Shown here: positions 9,300 to 22,600 of the stretch, piece by piece | Position numbering within the stretch: position 1 is the first letter of the stretch | Layout of the letters: the number at the start of each line of letters is the position of its first letter | DNA from: Tubulanus polymorphus | Lineage: Eukaryota > Animalia > Nemertea | Assembly (NCBI RefSeq): GCF_964204645.1 | Contig: NW_027437489.1 | Coordinates: 1-30,691 of the forward strand | Length of the DNA stretch: 30,691 nt | Direction: 5' to 3' | Program-made: the position numbers and the translations under genes | Notes under the pieces: model-generated | The model's database searches: none | Told to the model about the DNA's origin: nothing | Seen by the model: only the letters and a program-made list of their open reading frames with translations

Positions 9300-12200
9300 T
9301 CGACATTGTCGTTTTTCCGATAGGGGGAATATTCGAAAAGAAAACGTCTTTTCTCGCGCTGAACGACGTTTTCGCGTCGAAAAGTGCTTTTCCTGACGAT
9401 TTGAGCGCTTTTACGCATCGACATTGTCGTTTTTCCGATAGGGGGAATATTCGAAAAGAAAACGTCTTTTCTCGCGCTGAACGACGTTTTCGCGTCGAAA
9501 AGTGCTTTTCCTGACGATTTGAGCGCTTTTACGCATCGACATTGTCGTTTTACCGATAGTGAGAATATTCGATACGAAAACGTCTTTTCTCGCGCTGAAC
9601 GACGTTTTCGGGTCGAAAAGTGCTTTTCCTGACGATTTGAGCGCTTTTACGCATCGACATTGTCGTTTTACCGATAGTGAGATTATTCGATACGAAAACG
9701 TCTTTTCTCGCGCTGAACGACGTTTTCGCGTCGAAAAGTGCTTTTCCTGACGATTTGAGCGCTTTTACGCATCGGCATTGTCGTTTTTCCGATATGGGGA
9801 ATATTCGATACGAAAACGTCTTTTCTCGCGCTGAACGACGTTTTCGCGTCGAAAAGTGCTTTTCCTGACGATTTGAACACTTTTACGCATCGACATTGTC
9901 GTTTTTCCGATAGGGGGAATATTCGAAAAGAAAACGTCTTTTCTCGCGCTGAACGACGTTTTCGCGTCGAAAAGTGCTTTTCCTGACGATTTGAGCGCTT
10001 TTACGCATCGGCATTGTCGTTTTTCCGATATGGGGAATATTCGATACGAAAACGTCTTTTCTCGCGCTGAACGACGTTTTCGCGTCGAAAAGTGCTTTTC
10101 CTGACGATTTGAGCGCTTTTACGCATCGACTTTGTCGTTTTTCCGATAGGGGGAATATTCGAAACGAAAACGTCTTTTCTCGCGCTGAACGACGTTTTCG
10201 CGTCGAAAAGCGCTTTTCCTGACGATTTGAGCGCTTTTACGCATCGACATTGTCGTTTTACCGATAGTGAGATTATTCGATACGAAAACGTCTTTTCTCG
10301 CGCTGAACGACGTTTTCGCGTCGAAAAGCGCTTTTCCTGACGATTTGAGCGCTTTTACGCATCGGCATTGTCGTTTTTCCGATATGGGGAATATTCGATA
10401 CGAAAACGTCTTTTCTCGCGCTGAACGACGTTTTCGCGTCGAAAAGTGCTTTTCCTGACGATTTGAACGCTTTTACGCATCGACATTGTCGTTTTACCGA
10501 TAGTGAGAATATTCGATACGAAAACGTCTTTTCTCGCGCTGAACGACGTTTTCGGGTCGAAAAGTGCTTTTCCTGACGATTTGAGCGCTTTTACGCATCG
10601 GCATTGTCGTTTTTCCGATATGGGGAATATTCGATACGAAAACGTCTTTTCTCGCGCTAAACGACGTTTTCGCGTCGAAAAGTGCTTTTCCTGACGATTT
10701 GAGCGCTTTTACGCATCGACATTGTCGTTTTACCGATAGGGAGAATATTCGACACGAAAACGTCTTTTCTCGCGCTGAACGACGTTTTCGCGTCGAAAAG
10801 CGCTTTTCCTGACGATTTGACCGCTTTTACGCATCGCATTGTCGTTTTTCCGATAGGGCGAATATTCGATACGAAAACGTCTTTTCTCGCGCTGAACGAC
10901 GTTTTCGCGTCGAAAAGTGCTTTTCCTGACGATTGAGCGCTTTTACGCATCGACATTGTCGTTTTACCGATAGGGAGAATATTCGACACGAAAACGTCTT
11001 TTCTCGCGCTGAACGACGTTTTCGCGTCGAAAAGCGCTTTTCCTGACGATTTGAGCGCTTTTACGCATCGACATTGTCGTTTTTCCCATAGGGGGAATAT
11101 TCGATACGAAAACGTCTTTTCTCGCGCTGAACGACGTTTTCGCGTCGAAAAGTGCTTTTCCTGACGATTTGAGCGCTTTTACGCATCGACATTGTCGTTT
11201 TAACCGATAGGGAGAATATTCGACACGAAAACGTCTTTTCTCGCGCTGAACGACGTTTTCGCGTCGAAAAGCGCTTTTCCTGACGATTTGAGCGTTTTTT
11301 TACGCATCGGCATTGTCGTTTTTCCGATAGGGAGAATATTCGATACGAAAACGTCTTTTTTCGCGCTGAACGACGTTTTCGCGTCGAAAAGCGCTTTTCC
11401 TGACGATTTGAGCGCTTTTACGCATCGACATTGTCGTTTTTCCGATAGGGGGAATATTCGAAAAGAAAACGTCTTTTCTCGCGCTGCACGACGTTTTCGG
11501 GTCGGAAAGTGCTTTTCCTGACGATTTGAGCGCTTTTACGCATCGACATTGTCGTTTTTCCGATAGGGGGAATATTCGAAAAGAAAACGTCTTTTCTCGC
11601 GCTGAACGACGTTTTCGGGTCGAAAAGTGCTTTTCCTGACGATTTGAGCGCTTTTACGCATCGACATTGTCGTTTTACCGATAGCGAGAATATTCGATAC
11701 GAAAACGTCTTTTCTCGCGCTGAACGACGTTTTCGGGTCGAAAAGTGCTTTTCCTGACGATTTGAGCGCTTTTACGCATCGACATTGTCGTTTTACCGAT
11801 AGTGAGAATATTCGATACGAAAACGTCTTTTCTCGCGCTGGAACGACGTTTTCGCGTCGAAAAGTGCTTTTCCTGACGATTTGAGCGCTTTCACGCATCG
11901 ACATTGTCGTTTTACCGATAGGGAGAATATTCGACACGAAAACGTCTTTTCTCGCGCTGAACGACGTTTTCGCGTCGAAAAGCGCTTTCCTGACGATTTG
12001 AGCGCTTTTACGCATCGACATTGTCGTTTTTCCCATAGGGGGAATATTCGATACGAAAACGTCTTTTCTCGCGCTGAACGACGTTTTCGGGTCGAAAAGT
12101 GCTTTTCCTGACGATTTGAGCGCTTTTACGCATCGGCATTGTCGTGTTTCCGATAGGGAGAATATTCGATACGAAAACGTCTTTTCTCGCGCTGAACGAC

Positions 12201-15200
12201 GTTTTCGCGTCGAAAAGTGCTTTTCCTGACGATTTGAGCGCTTTTACGCATCGACATTGTCGTTTTTCCGATAGGGGGAATATTCGAAAAGAAAACGTCT
12301 TTTCTCGCGCTGCACGACGTTTTCGGGTCGGAAAGTGCTTTTCCTGACGATTTGAGCGCTTTTACGCATCGACATTGTCGTTTTTCCGATAGGGGGAATA
12401 TTCGAAAAGAAAACGTCTTTTCTCGCGCTGAACGACGTTTTCGGGTCGAAAAGTGCTTTTCCTGACGATTTGAGCGCTTTTACGCATCGACATTGTCGTT
12501 TTACCGATAGCGAGAATATTCGATACGAAAACGTCTTTTCTCGCGCTGAACGACGTTTTCGGGTCGAAAAGTGCTTTTCCTGACGATTTGAGCGCTTTTA
12601 CGCATCGACATTGTCGTTTTACCGATAGTGAGAATATTCGATACGAAAACGTCTTTTCTCGCGCTGAACGACGTTTTCGGGTCGAAAAGTGCTTTTCCTG
12701 ACGATTTGAGCGCTTTTACGCATCGACATTGTCGTTTTACCGATAGTGAGATTATTCGATACGAAAACGTCTTTTCTCGCGCTGAACGACGTTTTCGCGT
12801 CGAAAAGTGCTTTTCCTGACGATTTGAGCGCTTTTACGCATCGGCATTGTCGTTTTTCCGATATGGTGAATATTCGATACGAAAACGTCTTTTCTCGCGC
12901 TGAACGACGTTTTCGCGTCGAAAAGTGCTTTTCCTGACGATTTGAGCGCTTTTACGCATCGACTTTGTCGTTTTTCCGATAGGGGGAATATTCGAAACGA
13001 AAACGTCTTTTCTCGCGCTGAACGACGTTTTCGCGTCGAAAAGCGCTTTTCCTGACGATTTGAGCGCTTTTACGCATCGACATTGTCGTTTTACCGATAG
13101 GGAGAATATTCGACACGAAAACGTCTTTTCTCGCGCTGAACGACGTTTTCGCGTCGAAAAGCGCTTTTCCTGACGATTTGAGCGCTTTTTTACGCATCGA
13201 CATTGTCGTTTTACCGATAGTGAGAATATTCGATACGAAAACGTCTTTTCTCGCGCTGAACGACGTTTTCGCGTCGAAAAGTGCTTTTCCTGACGATTTG
13301 AACGCTTTTACGCATCGGCATTGTCGTTTTTCCGATAGGGGGAATATTCGAAAAGAAAACGTCTTTTCTCGCGCTGGAACGACGTTTTCGCGTCGAAAAG
13401 TGCTTTTCCTGACGATTTGAGCGCTTTTACGCATCGGCATTGTCGTTTTTCCGATAGGGGGAATATTCGACACGAAAACGTCTTTTCTCGCGCTGAACGA
13501 CGTTTTCCGCGTCGAAAAGTGCTTTTCCTGACGATTTGAGCGCTTTTACGCATCGACATTGTCGTTTTACCGATAGTGAGAATATTCGATACGAAAACGT
13601 CTTTTCTCGCGCTGAACGACGTTTTCGCGTCGAAAAGTGCTTTTCCTGACGATTTGAGCGCTTTTACGCATCGGCATTGTCGTTTTTCCGATATGGGGAA
13701 TATTCGATACGAAAACGTCTTTTCTCGCGCTGAACGACGTTTTCGCGTCGAAAAGTGCTTTTCCTGACGATTTGAGCGCTTTTACGCATCGACATTGTCG
13801 TTTTACCGATATGGGGAATATTCGATACGAAAACGTCTTTTGTCGCGCTGAACGACGTTTTCGCGTCGAAAAGTGCTTTTCCTGACGATTTGAGCGCTTT
13901 TACGCATCGACATTGTCGTTTTACCGATAGGGAGAATATTCGACACGAAAACGTCTTTTCTCGCGCTGAACGACGTTTTCGCGTCGAAAAGTGCTTTTCC
14001 TGACGATTTGAACGCTTTTACGCATCGACATTGTCGTTTTACCGATAGGGAGAATATTCGACACGAAAACGTCTTTTCTCGCGCTGAACGACGTTTTCGC
14101 GTCGAAAAGTGCTTTTCCTGACGATTTGACCGCTTTTACGCATCGGCATTGTCGTTTTTCCGATAGGGCGAATATTCGATACGAAAACGTCTTTTCTCGC
14201 GCTGAACGACGTTTTCGCGTCGAAAAGTGCTTTTCCTGACGATTTGAACACTTTTACGCATCGACATTGTCGTTTTTCCGATAGGGGGAATATTCGAAAA
14301 GAAAACGTCTTTTCTCGCGCTGCACGACGTTTTCGCGTCGGAAAGTGCTTTTCCTGACGATTTGAGCGCTTTTACGCATCGACATTGTCGTTTTTCCGAT
14401 GGGGGGAATATTCGAAAAGAAAACGTCTTTTCTCGCGCTGAACGACGTTTTCGGGTCGAAAAGTGCTTTTCCTGACGATTTGAGCGCTTTTACGCATCGA
14501 CATTGTCGTTTTACCGATAGCGAGAATATTCGATACGAAAACGTCTTTTCTCGCGCTGAACGACGTTTTCGGGTCGAAAAGTGCTTTTCCTGACGATTTG
14601 AGCGCTTTTACGCATCGACATTGTCGTTTTACCGATAGTGAGAATATTCGATACGAAAACGTCTTTTCTCGCGCTGAACGACGTTTTCGGGTCGAAAAGT
14701 GCTTTTCCTGACGATTTGAGCGCTTTTACGCATCGACATTGTCGTTTTACCGATATGGGGAATATTCGATACGAAAACGTCTTTTCTCGCGCTGAACGAC
14801 GTTTTCGCGTCGAAAAGTGCTTTTCCTGACGATTTGAGCGCTTTTACGCATCGACATTGTCGTTTTACCGATAGGGAGAATATTCGACACGAAAACGTCT
14901 TTTCTCGCGCTGAACGACGTTTTCGCGTCGAAAAGTGCTTTTCCTGACGATTTGAGCGCTTTTACGCATCGACATTGTCGTTTTTCCGATAGGGGGAATA
15001 TTCGAAAAGAAAACGTCTTTTCTCGCGCTGAACGACGTTTTCGGGTCGAAAAGTGCTTTTCCTGACGATTTGAGCACTTTTACGCATCGACATTGTCGTT
15101 TTACCGATAGCGAGAATATTCGATACGAAAACGTCTTTTCTCGCGCTGAACGACGTTTTCGGGTCGAAAAGTGCTTTTCCTGACGATTTGAGCGCTTTTA

Positions 15201-18200
15201 CGCATCGACATTGTCGTTTTACCGATAGGGAGAATATTCGACACGAAAACGTCTTTTCTCGCGCTGAACGACGTTTTCGCGTCGAAAAGTGCTTTTCCTG
15301 ACGATTTGACCGCTTTTACGCATCGGCATTGTCGTTTTTCCGATAGGGCGAATATTCGATACGAAAACGTCTTTTCTCGCGCTGAACGACGTTTTCGCGT
15401 CGAAAAGTGCTTTTCCTGACGATTTGAGCGCTTTTACGCATCGACATTGTCGTTTTACCGATAGGGAGAATATTCGACACGAAAACGTCTTTTCTCGCGC
15501 TGAACGACGTTTTCGCGTCGAAAAGCGCTTTTCCTGACGATTTGAGCGCTTTTACGCATCGACATTGTCGTTTTTCCGATAGGGGGAATATTCGATACGA
15601 AAACGTCTTTTCTCGCGCTGAACGACGTTTTCGCGTCGAAAAGTGCTTTTCCTGACGATTTGAGCGCTTTTACGCATCGGCATTGTCGTTTTTCCGATAG
15701 GGGGAATATTCGAAAAGAAAACGTCTTTTCTCGCGCTGAACGACGTTTTCGCGTCGAAAAGTGCTTTTCCTGACGATTTGAACGCTTTTACGCATCGACA
15801 TTGTCGTTTTTCCGATAGGGAGAATATTCGATACGAAAACGTCTTTTCTCGCGCTGAGCGACGTTTTCGCGTCGAAAAGAGCTTTTCCTGACGATTTGAG
15901 CGCTTTTACGCATCGACATTGTCGTTTTACCGATAGCGAGAATATTCGATACGAAAACTTCTTTTCTCGCGCTGAACGACGTTTTCGCGTTGAAAAGTGC
16001 TTTTCCTGACGATTTGAACGCTTTTACGCATCGACATTGTCGTTTTTCCGATAGGGGGAATATTCGATAAGAGAACGTCTTTTCTCGCGCTGAACGACGT
16101 TTTCGGGTCGGAAAGTGCTTTTCCTGACGATTTGAGCGCTTTTACGCATCGACATTGTCGTTTTTCCGATAGGGGGAATATTCGATAAGAAAACGTCTTT
16201 TCTCGCGCTGAACGACGTTTTCGGGTCGGAAAGTGCTTTTCCTGACGATTTGAGCGCTTTTACGCATCGACATTGTCGTTTTTCCGATAGGGGGAATATT
16301 CGAAAAGAAAACGTGTTTTCTCGCGCTGAACGACGTTTTCGGGTCGGAAAGTGCTTTTCCTGACGATTTGAGCGCTTTTACGCATCGGCATTGTCGTTTT
16401 TCCGATAGGGGAAATATTCGATACGAAAACGTCTTTTCTCGCGCTGAACGACGTTTTCGGGTCGAAAAGTGCTTTTCCTGACGATTTGAGCGCTTTTACG
16501 CATCGACATTGTCGTTTTACCGATAGTGAGAATATTCGATGCGAAAACGTCTTTTCTCGCGCTGAACGACGTTTTCGCGTCGAAAAGTGCTTTTCCTGAC
16601 GATTTGAGCGCTTTTACGCATCGACATTGTCGTTTTACCGATAGGGAGAATATTCAACGTCTTTTCTCGCGCTGAACGACGTTTTCGCGTCGAAAAGCGC
16701 TTTTCCTGACGATTTGAGCGCTTTTACGCATCGACATTGTCGTTTTTCCGATAGGGCGAATATTCGATACGAAAACGTCTTTTCTCGCGCTGAACGACGT
16801 TTTCGCGTCGAAAAGTGCTTTTCCTGACGATTTGAGCGCTTTTACGCATCGGCATTGTCGTTTTTCCGATAGGGGGAATATTCGAAAAGAAAACGTCTTT
16901 TCTCGCGCTGAACGACGTTTTCGCGTCGAAAAGTGCTTTTCCTGACGATTTGAGCGCTTTTACGCATCGACATTGTCGTTTTTCCGATAGGGGGAATATT
17001 CGATAAGAAAAGGTCTTTTCTCGCGCTGAACGACGTTTTCGGGTCGGAAAGTGCTTTTCCTGACGATTTGAGCGCTTTTACGCATCGACATTGTCGTTTT
17101 TCCGATAGGGGGAATATTCGATAAGAAAACGTCTTTTCTAGCGCTGAACGACGTTTTCGGGTCGGAAAGTGCTTTTCCTGACGATTTGAGCGCTTTTACG
17201 CATCGACATTGTCGTTTTTCCGATAGGGGGAATATTCGAAAAGAAAACGTCTTTTCTCGCGCTGAACGACGTTTTCGCGTCGAAAAGTGCTTTTCCTGAC
17301 GATTTGAGCGCTTTTACGCATCGACATTGTCGTTTTTCCGATAGGGGGAATATTCGAAAAGAAAACGTCTTTTCTCGCGCTGAACGACGTTTACGCGTCG
17401 AAAAGTGCTTTTCCTGACGATTTGAGCGCTTTTACGCATCGACATTGTCGTTTTACCGATAGTGAGAATATTCGATACGAAAACGTCTTTTCTCGCGCTG
17501 AACGACGTTTTCGGGTCGAAAAGTGCTTTTCCTGACGATTTGAGCGCTTTTACGCATCGACATTGTCGTTTTACCGATAGTGAGATTATTCGATACGAAA
17601 ACGTCTTTTCTCGCGCTGAACGACGTTTTCGCGTCGAAAAGTGCTTTTCCTGACGATTTGAGCGCTTTTACGCATCGGCATTGTCGTTTTTCCGATATGG
17701 GGAATATTCGATACGAAAACGTCTTTTCTCGCGCTGAACGACGTTTTCGCGTCGAAAAGTGCTTTTCCTGACGATTTGAACACTTTTACGCATCGACATT
17801 GTCGTTTTTCCGATAGGGGGAATATTCGAAAAGAAAACGTCTTTTCTCGCGCTGAACGACGTTTTCGCGTCGAAAAGTGCTTTTCCTGACGATTTGAGCG
17901 CTTTTACGCATCGGCATTGTCGTTTTTCCGATATGGGGAATATTCGATACGAAAACGTCTTTTCTCGCGCTGAACGACGTTTTCGCGTCGAAAAGTGCTT
18001 TTCCTGACGATTTGAGCGCTTTTACGCATCGACTTTGTCGTTTTTCCGATAGGGGGAATATTCGAAACGAAAACGTCTTTTCTCGCGCTGAACGACGTTT
18101 TCGCGTCGAAAAGCGCTTTTCCTGACGATTTGAGCGCTTTTACGCATCGACATTGTCGTTTTACCGATAGTGAGATTATTCGATACGAAAACGTCTTTTC

Positions 18201-19640
18201 TCGCGCTGAACGACGTTTTCGCGTCGAAAAGCGCTTTTCCTGACGATTTGAGCGCTTTTACGCATCGGCATTGTCGTTTTTCCGATATGGGGAATATTCG
18301 ATACGAAAACGTCTTTTCTCGCGCTGAACGACGTTTTCGCGTCGAAAAGTGCTTTTCCTGACGATTTGAACGCTTTTACGCATCGACATTGTCGTTTTAC
18401 CGATAGTGAGAATATTCGATACGAAAACGTCTTTTCTCGCGCTGAACGACGTTTTCGGGTCGAAAAGTGCTTTTCCTGACGATTTGAGCGCTTTTACGCA
18501 TCGGCATTGTCGTTTTTCCGATATGGGGAATATTCGATACGAAAACGTCTTTTCTCGCGCTAAACGACGTTTTCGCGTCGAAAAGTGCTTTTCCTGACGA
18601 TTTGAGCGCTTTTACGCATCGACATTGTCGTTTTACCGATAGGGAGAATATTCGACACGAAAACGTCTTTTCTCGCGCTGAACGACGTTTTCGCGTCGAA
18701 AAGCGCTTTTCCTGACGATTTGACCGCTTTTACGCATCGGCATTGTCGTTTTTCCGATAGGGCGAATATTCGATACGAAAACGTCTTTTCTCGCGCTGAA
18801 CGACGTTTTCGCGTCGAAAAGTGCTTTTCCTGACGATTTGAGCGCTTTTACGCATCGACATTGTCGTTTTACCGATAGGGAGAATATTCGACACGAAAAC
18901 GTCTTTTCTCGCGCTGAACGACGTTTTCGCGTCGAAAAGCGCTTTTCCTGACGATTTGAGCGCTTTTACGCATCGACATTGTCGTTTTTCCCATAGGGGG
19001 AATATTCGATACGAAAACGTCTTTTCTCGCGCTGAACGACGTTTTCGCGTCGAAAAGTGCTTTTCCTGACGATTTGAGCGCTTTTACGCATCGACATTGT
19101 CGTTTTACCGATAGGGAGAATATTCGACACGAAAACGTCTTTTCTCGCGCTGAACGACGTTTTCGCGTCGAAAAGCGCTTTTCCTGACGATTTGAGCGTT
19201 TTTTTACGCATCGGCATTGTCGTTTTTCCGATAGGGAGAATATTCGATACGAAAACGTCTTTTTTCGCGCTGAACGACGTTTTCGCGTCGAAAAGCGCTT
19301 TTCCTGACGATTTGAGCGCTTTTACGCATCGACATTGTCGTTTTTCCGATAGGGGGAATATTCGAAAAGAAAACGTCTTTTCTCGCGCTGCACGACGTTT
19401 TCGGGTCGGAAAGTGCTTTTCCTGACGATTTGAGCGCTTTTACGCATCGACATTGTCGTTTTTCCGATAGGGGGAATATTCGAAAAGAAAACGTCTTTTC
19501 TCGCGCTGAACGACGTTTTCGGGTCGAAAAGTGCTTTTCCTGACGATTTGAGCGCTTTTACGCATCGACATTGTCGTTTTACCGATAGCGAGAATATTCG
19601 ATACGAAAACGTCTTTTCTCGCGCTGAACGACGTTTTCGC
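9300..19640. repeat. Dispersed duplication of a ~20-monomer block (~9300-11730 and ~17200-19640), offset ~7903 bp (~67 monomers)
   Basis: ORF pairs 9559/17462, 9677/17580, 10267/18170 and 10503/18406 differ by 7903, and 11288/19192 by 7904. The marker GCTAAAC lies at 10659/18562. Confidence 0.88.
15840..17400. repeat. Diverged island of ~13 monomers within the array, including an 8-bp deletion at 16655/16656
   Basis: There is a cluster of private substitutions, and the GATAAG variant was seen only here. TATTCAACGT at 16651-16660 lacks 8 bp (GACACGAA or equivalent). Confidence 0.85.
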
Positions 19641-22600
19641 GTCGAAAAGTGCTTTTCCTGACGATTTGAGCGCTTTTACGCATCGACATTGTCGTTTTAC
19701 CGATAGGGAGAATATTCGACACGAAAACGTCTTTTCTCGCGCTGAACGACGTTTTCGCGTCGAAAAGTGCTTTTCCTGACGATTTGAACGCTTTTACGCA
19801 TCGACATTGTCGTTTTACCGATAGGGAGAATATTCGACACGAAAACGTCTTTTCTCGCGCTGAACGACGTTTTCGCGTCGAAAAGTGCTTTTCCTGACGA
19901 TTTGACCGCTTTTACGCATCGACATTGTCGTTTTACCGATAGCGAGAATATTCGACACGAAAACGTCTTTTCTCGCGCTGAACGACGTTTTCGCGTCGAA
20001 AAGCGCTTTTCCTGACGATTTAACCGCTTTTACGCATCGGCATTGTCGTTTTTCCGATAGGGCGAATATTCGATACGAAAACGTCTTTTCTCGCGCTGAA
20101 CGACGTTTTCGCGTCGAAAAGTGCTTTTCCTGACGATTTGAGCGCTTTTACGCATCGACATTGTCGTTTTACCGATAGGGAGAATATTCGACACGAAAAC
20201 GTCTTTTCTCGCGCTGAACGACGTTTTCGCGTCGAAAAGCGCTTTTCCTGACGATTTGAGCGCTTTTACGCATCGACATTGTCGTTTTTCCGATAGGGGG
20301 AATATTCGATACGAAAACGTCTTTTCTCGCGCTGAACGACGTTTTCGCGTCGAAAAGTGCTTTTCCTGACGATTTGAACGCTTTTACGCATCGACATTGT
20401 CGTTTTTCCGATAGGGAGAATATTCGAAAAGAAAACGTCTTTTCTCGCGCTGAGCGACGTTTTCGGGTCGAAAAGTGCTTTTCCTGACGATTTGAGCACT
20501 TTTACGCATCGACATTGTCGTTTTACCGATAGCGAGAATATTCGATACGAAAACGTCTTTTCTCGCGCTGAACGACGTTTTCGGGTCGAAAAGTGCTTTT
20601 CCTGACGATTTGAGCGCTTTTACGCATCGACATTGTCGTTTTACCGATAGTGAGAATATTCGATACGAAAACGTCTTTTCTCGCGCTGAACGACGTTTTC
20701 CGGGTCGAAAAGTGCTTTTCCTGACGATTTGAGCGCTTTTACGCATCGACATTGTCGTTTTACCGATAGTGAGATTATTCGATACGAAAACGTCTTTTCT
20801 CGCGCTGAACGACGTTTTCGCGTCGAAAAGTGCTTTTCCTGACGATTTGAGCGCTTTTACGCATCGGCATTGTCGTTTTTCCGATATGGGGAATATTCGA
20901 TACGAAAACGTCTTTTCTCGCGCTAAACGACGTTTTCGCGTCGAAAAGTGCTTTTCCTGACGATTTGAGCGCTTTTACGCATCGACATTGTCGTTTTACC
21001 GATAGGGAGAATATTCGACACGAAAACGTCTTTTCTCGCGCTGAACGACGTTTTCGCGTCGAAAAGCGCTTTTCCTGACGATTTGACCGCTTTTACGCAT
21101 CGGCATTGTCGTTTTTCCGATAGGGCGAATATTCGATACGAAAACGTCTTTTCTCGCGCTGAACGACGTTTTTGCGTCGAAAAGTGCTTTTCCTGACGAT
21201 TTGAGCGCTTTTACGCATCGACATTGTCGTTTTACCGATAGGGAGAATATTCGACACGAAAACGTCTTTTCTCGCGCTGAACGACGTTTTCGCGTCGAAA
21301 AGTGCTTTTCCTGACGATTTGAGCGCTTTTACGCATCGGCATTGTCGTTTTTCCGATATGGGGAATATTCGAAAAGAAAACGTCTTTTCTCGCGCTGAAC
21401 GACGTTTTCGGGTCGAAAAGTGCTTTTCCTGACGATTTGAGCGCTTTTACGCATCGGCATTGTCGTTTTTCCGATATGGGGAATATTCGATACGAAAACG
21501 TCTTTTCTCGCGCTGAACGACGTTTTCGGGTCGAAAAGTGCTTTTCCTGACGATTTGAGCGCTTTTACGCATCGACATTGTCGTTTTACCGATAGTGAGA
21601 ATATTCGATACGAAAACGTCTTTTCTCGCGCTGAACGACGTTTTCGCGTCGAAAAGTGCTTTTCCTGACGATTTGAGCGCTTTTACGCATCGACATTGTC
21701 GTTTTACCGATAGGGAGAATATTCGACACGAAAACGTCTTTTCTCGCGCTGAACGACGTTTTCGCGTCGAAAAGTGCTTTTCCTGACGATTTGAGCGCTT
21801 TTACGCATCGGCATTGTCGTTTTTCCGATAGGGGGAATATTCGAAAAGAAAACGTCTTTTCTCGCGCTGAACGACGTTTTCGCGTCGAAAAGCGCTTTTC
21901 CTGACGATTTGAGCGTTTTTTTACGCATCGGCATTGTCGTTTTTCCGATAGGGAGAATATTCGATACGAAAACGTCTTTTTTCGCGCTGAACGACGTTTT
22001 CGCGTCGAAAAGTGCTTTTCCTGACGATTTTAGCGCTTTTACGCATCGACATTGTCGTTTTTCCGATAGGGGGAATATTCGAAAAGAAAACGTCTTTTCT
22101 CGCGCTGCACGACGTTTTCGGGTCGGAAAGTGCTTTTCCTGACGATTTGAGCGCTTTTACGCATCGACATTGTCGTTTTTCCGATAGGGGGAATATTCGA
22201 AAAGAAAACGTCTTTTCTCGCGCTGAACGACGTTTTCGGGTCGAAAAGTTCTTTTCCTGACGATTTGAGCGCTTTTACGCATCGACATTGTCGTTTTACC
22301 GATAGCGAGAATATTCGATACGAAAACGTCTTTTCTCGCGCTGAACGACGTTTTCGGGTCGGAAAGTGCTTTTCCTGACGATTTGAGCGCTTTTACGCAT
22401 CGACATTGTCGTTTTACCGATAGTGAGAATATTCGATACGAAAACGTCTTTTCTCGCGCTGGAACGACGTTTTCGCGTCGAAAAGTGCTTTTCCTGACGA
22501 TTTGAGCGCTTTTACGCATCGACATTGTCGTTTTACCGATAGGGAGAATATTCGACACGAAAACGTCTTTTCTCGCGCTGAACGACGTTTTCGCGTCGAA

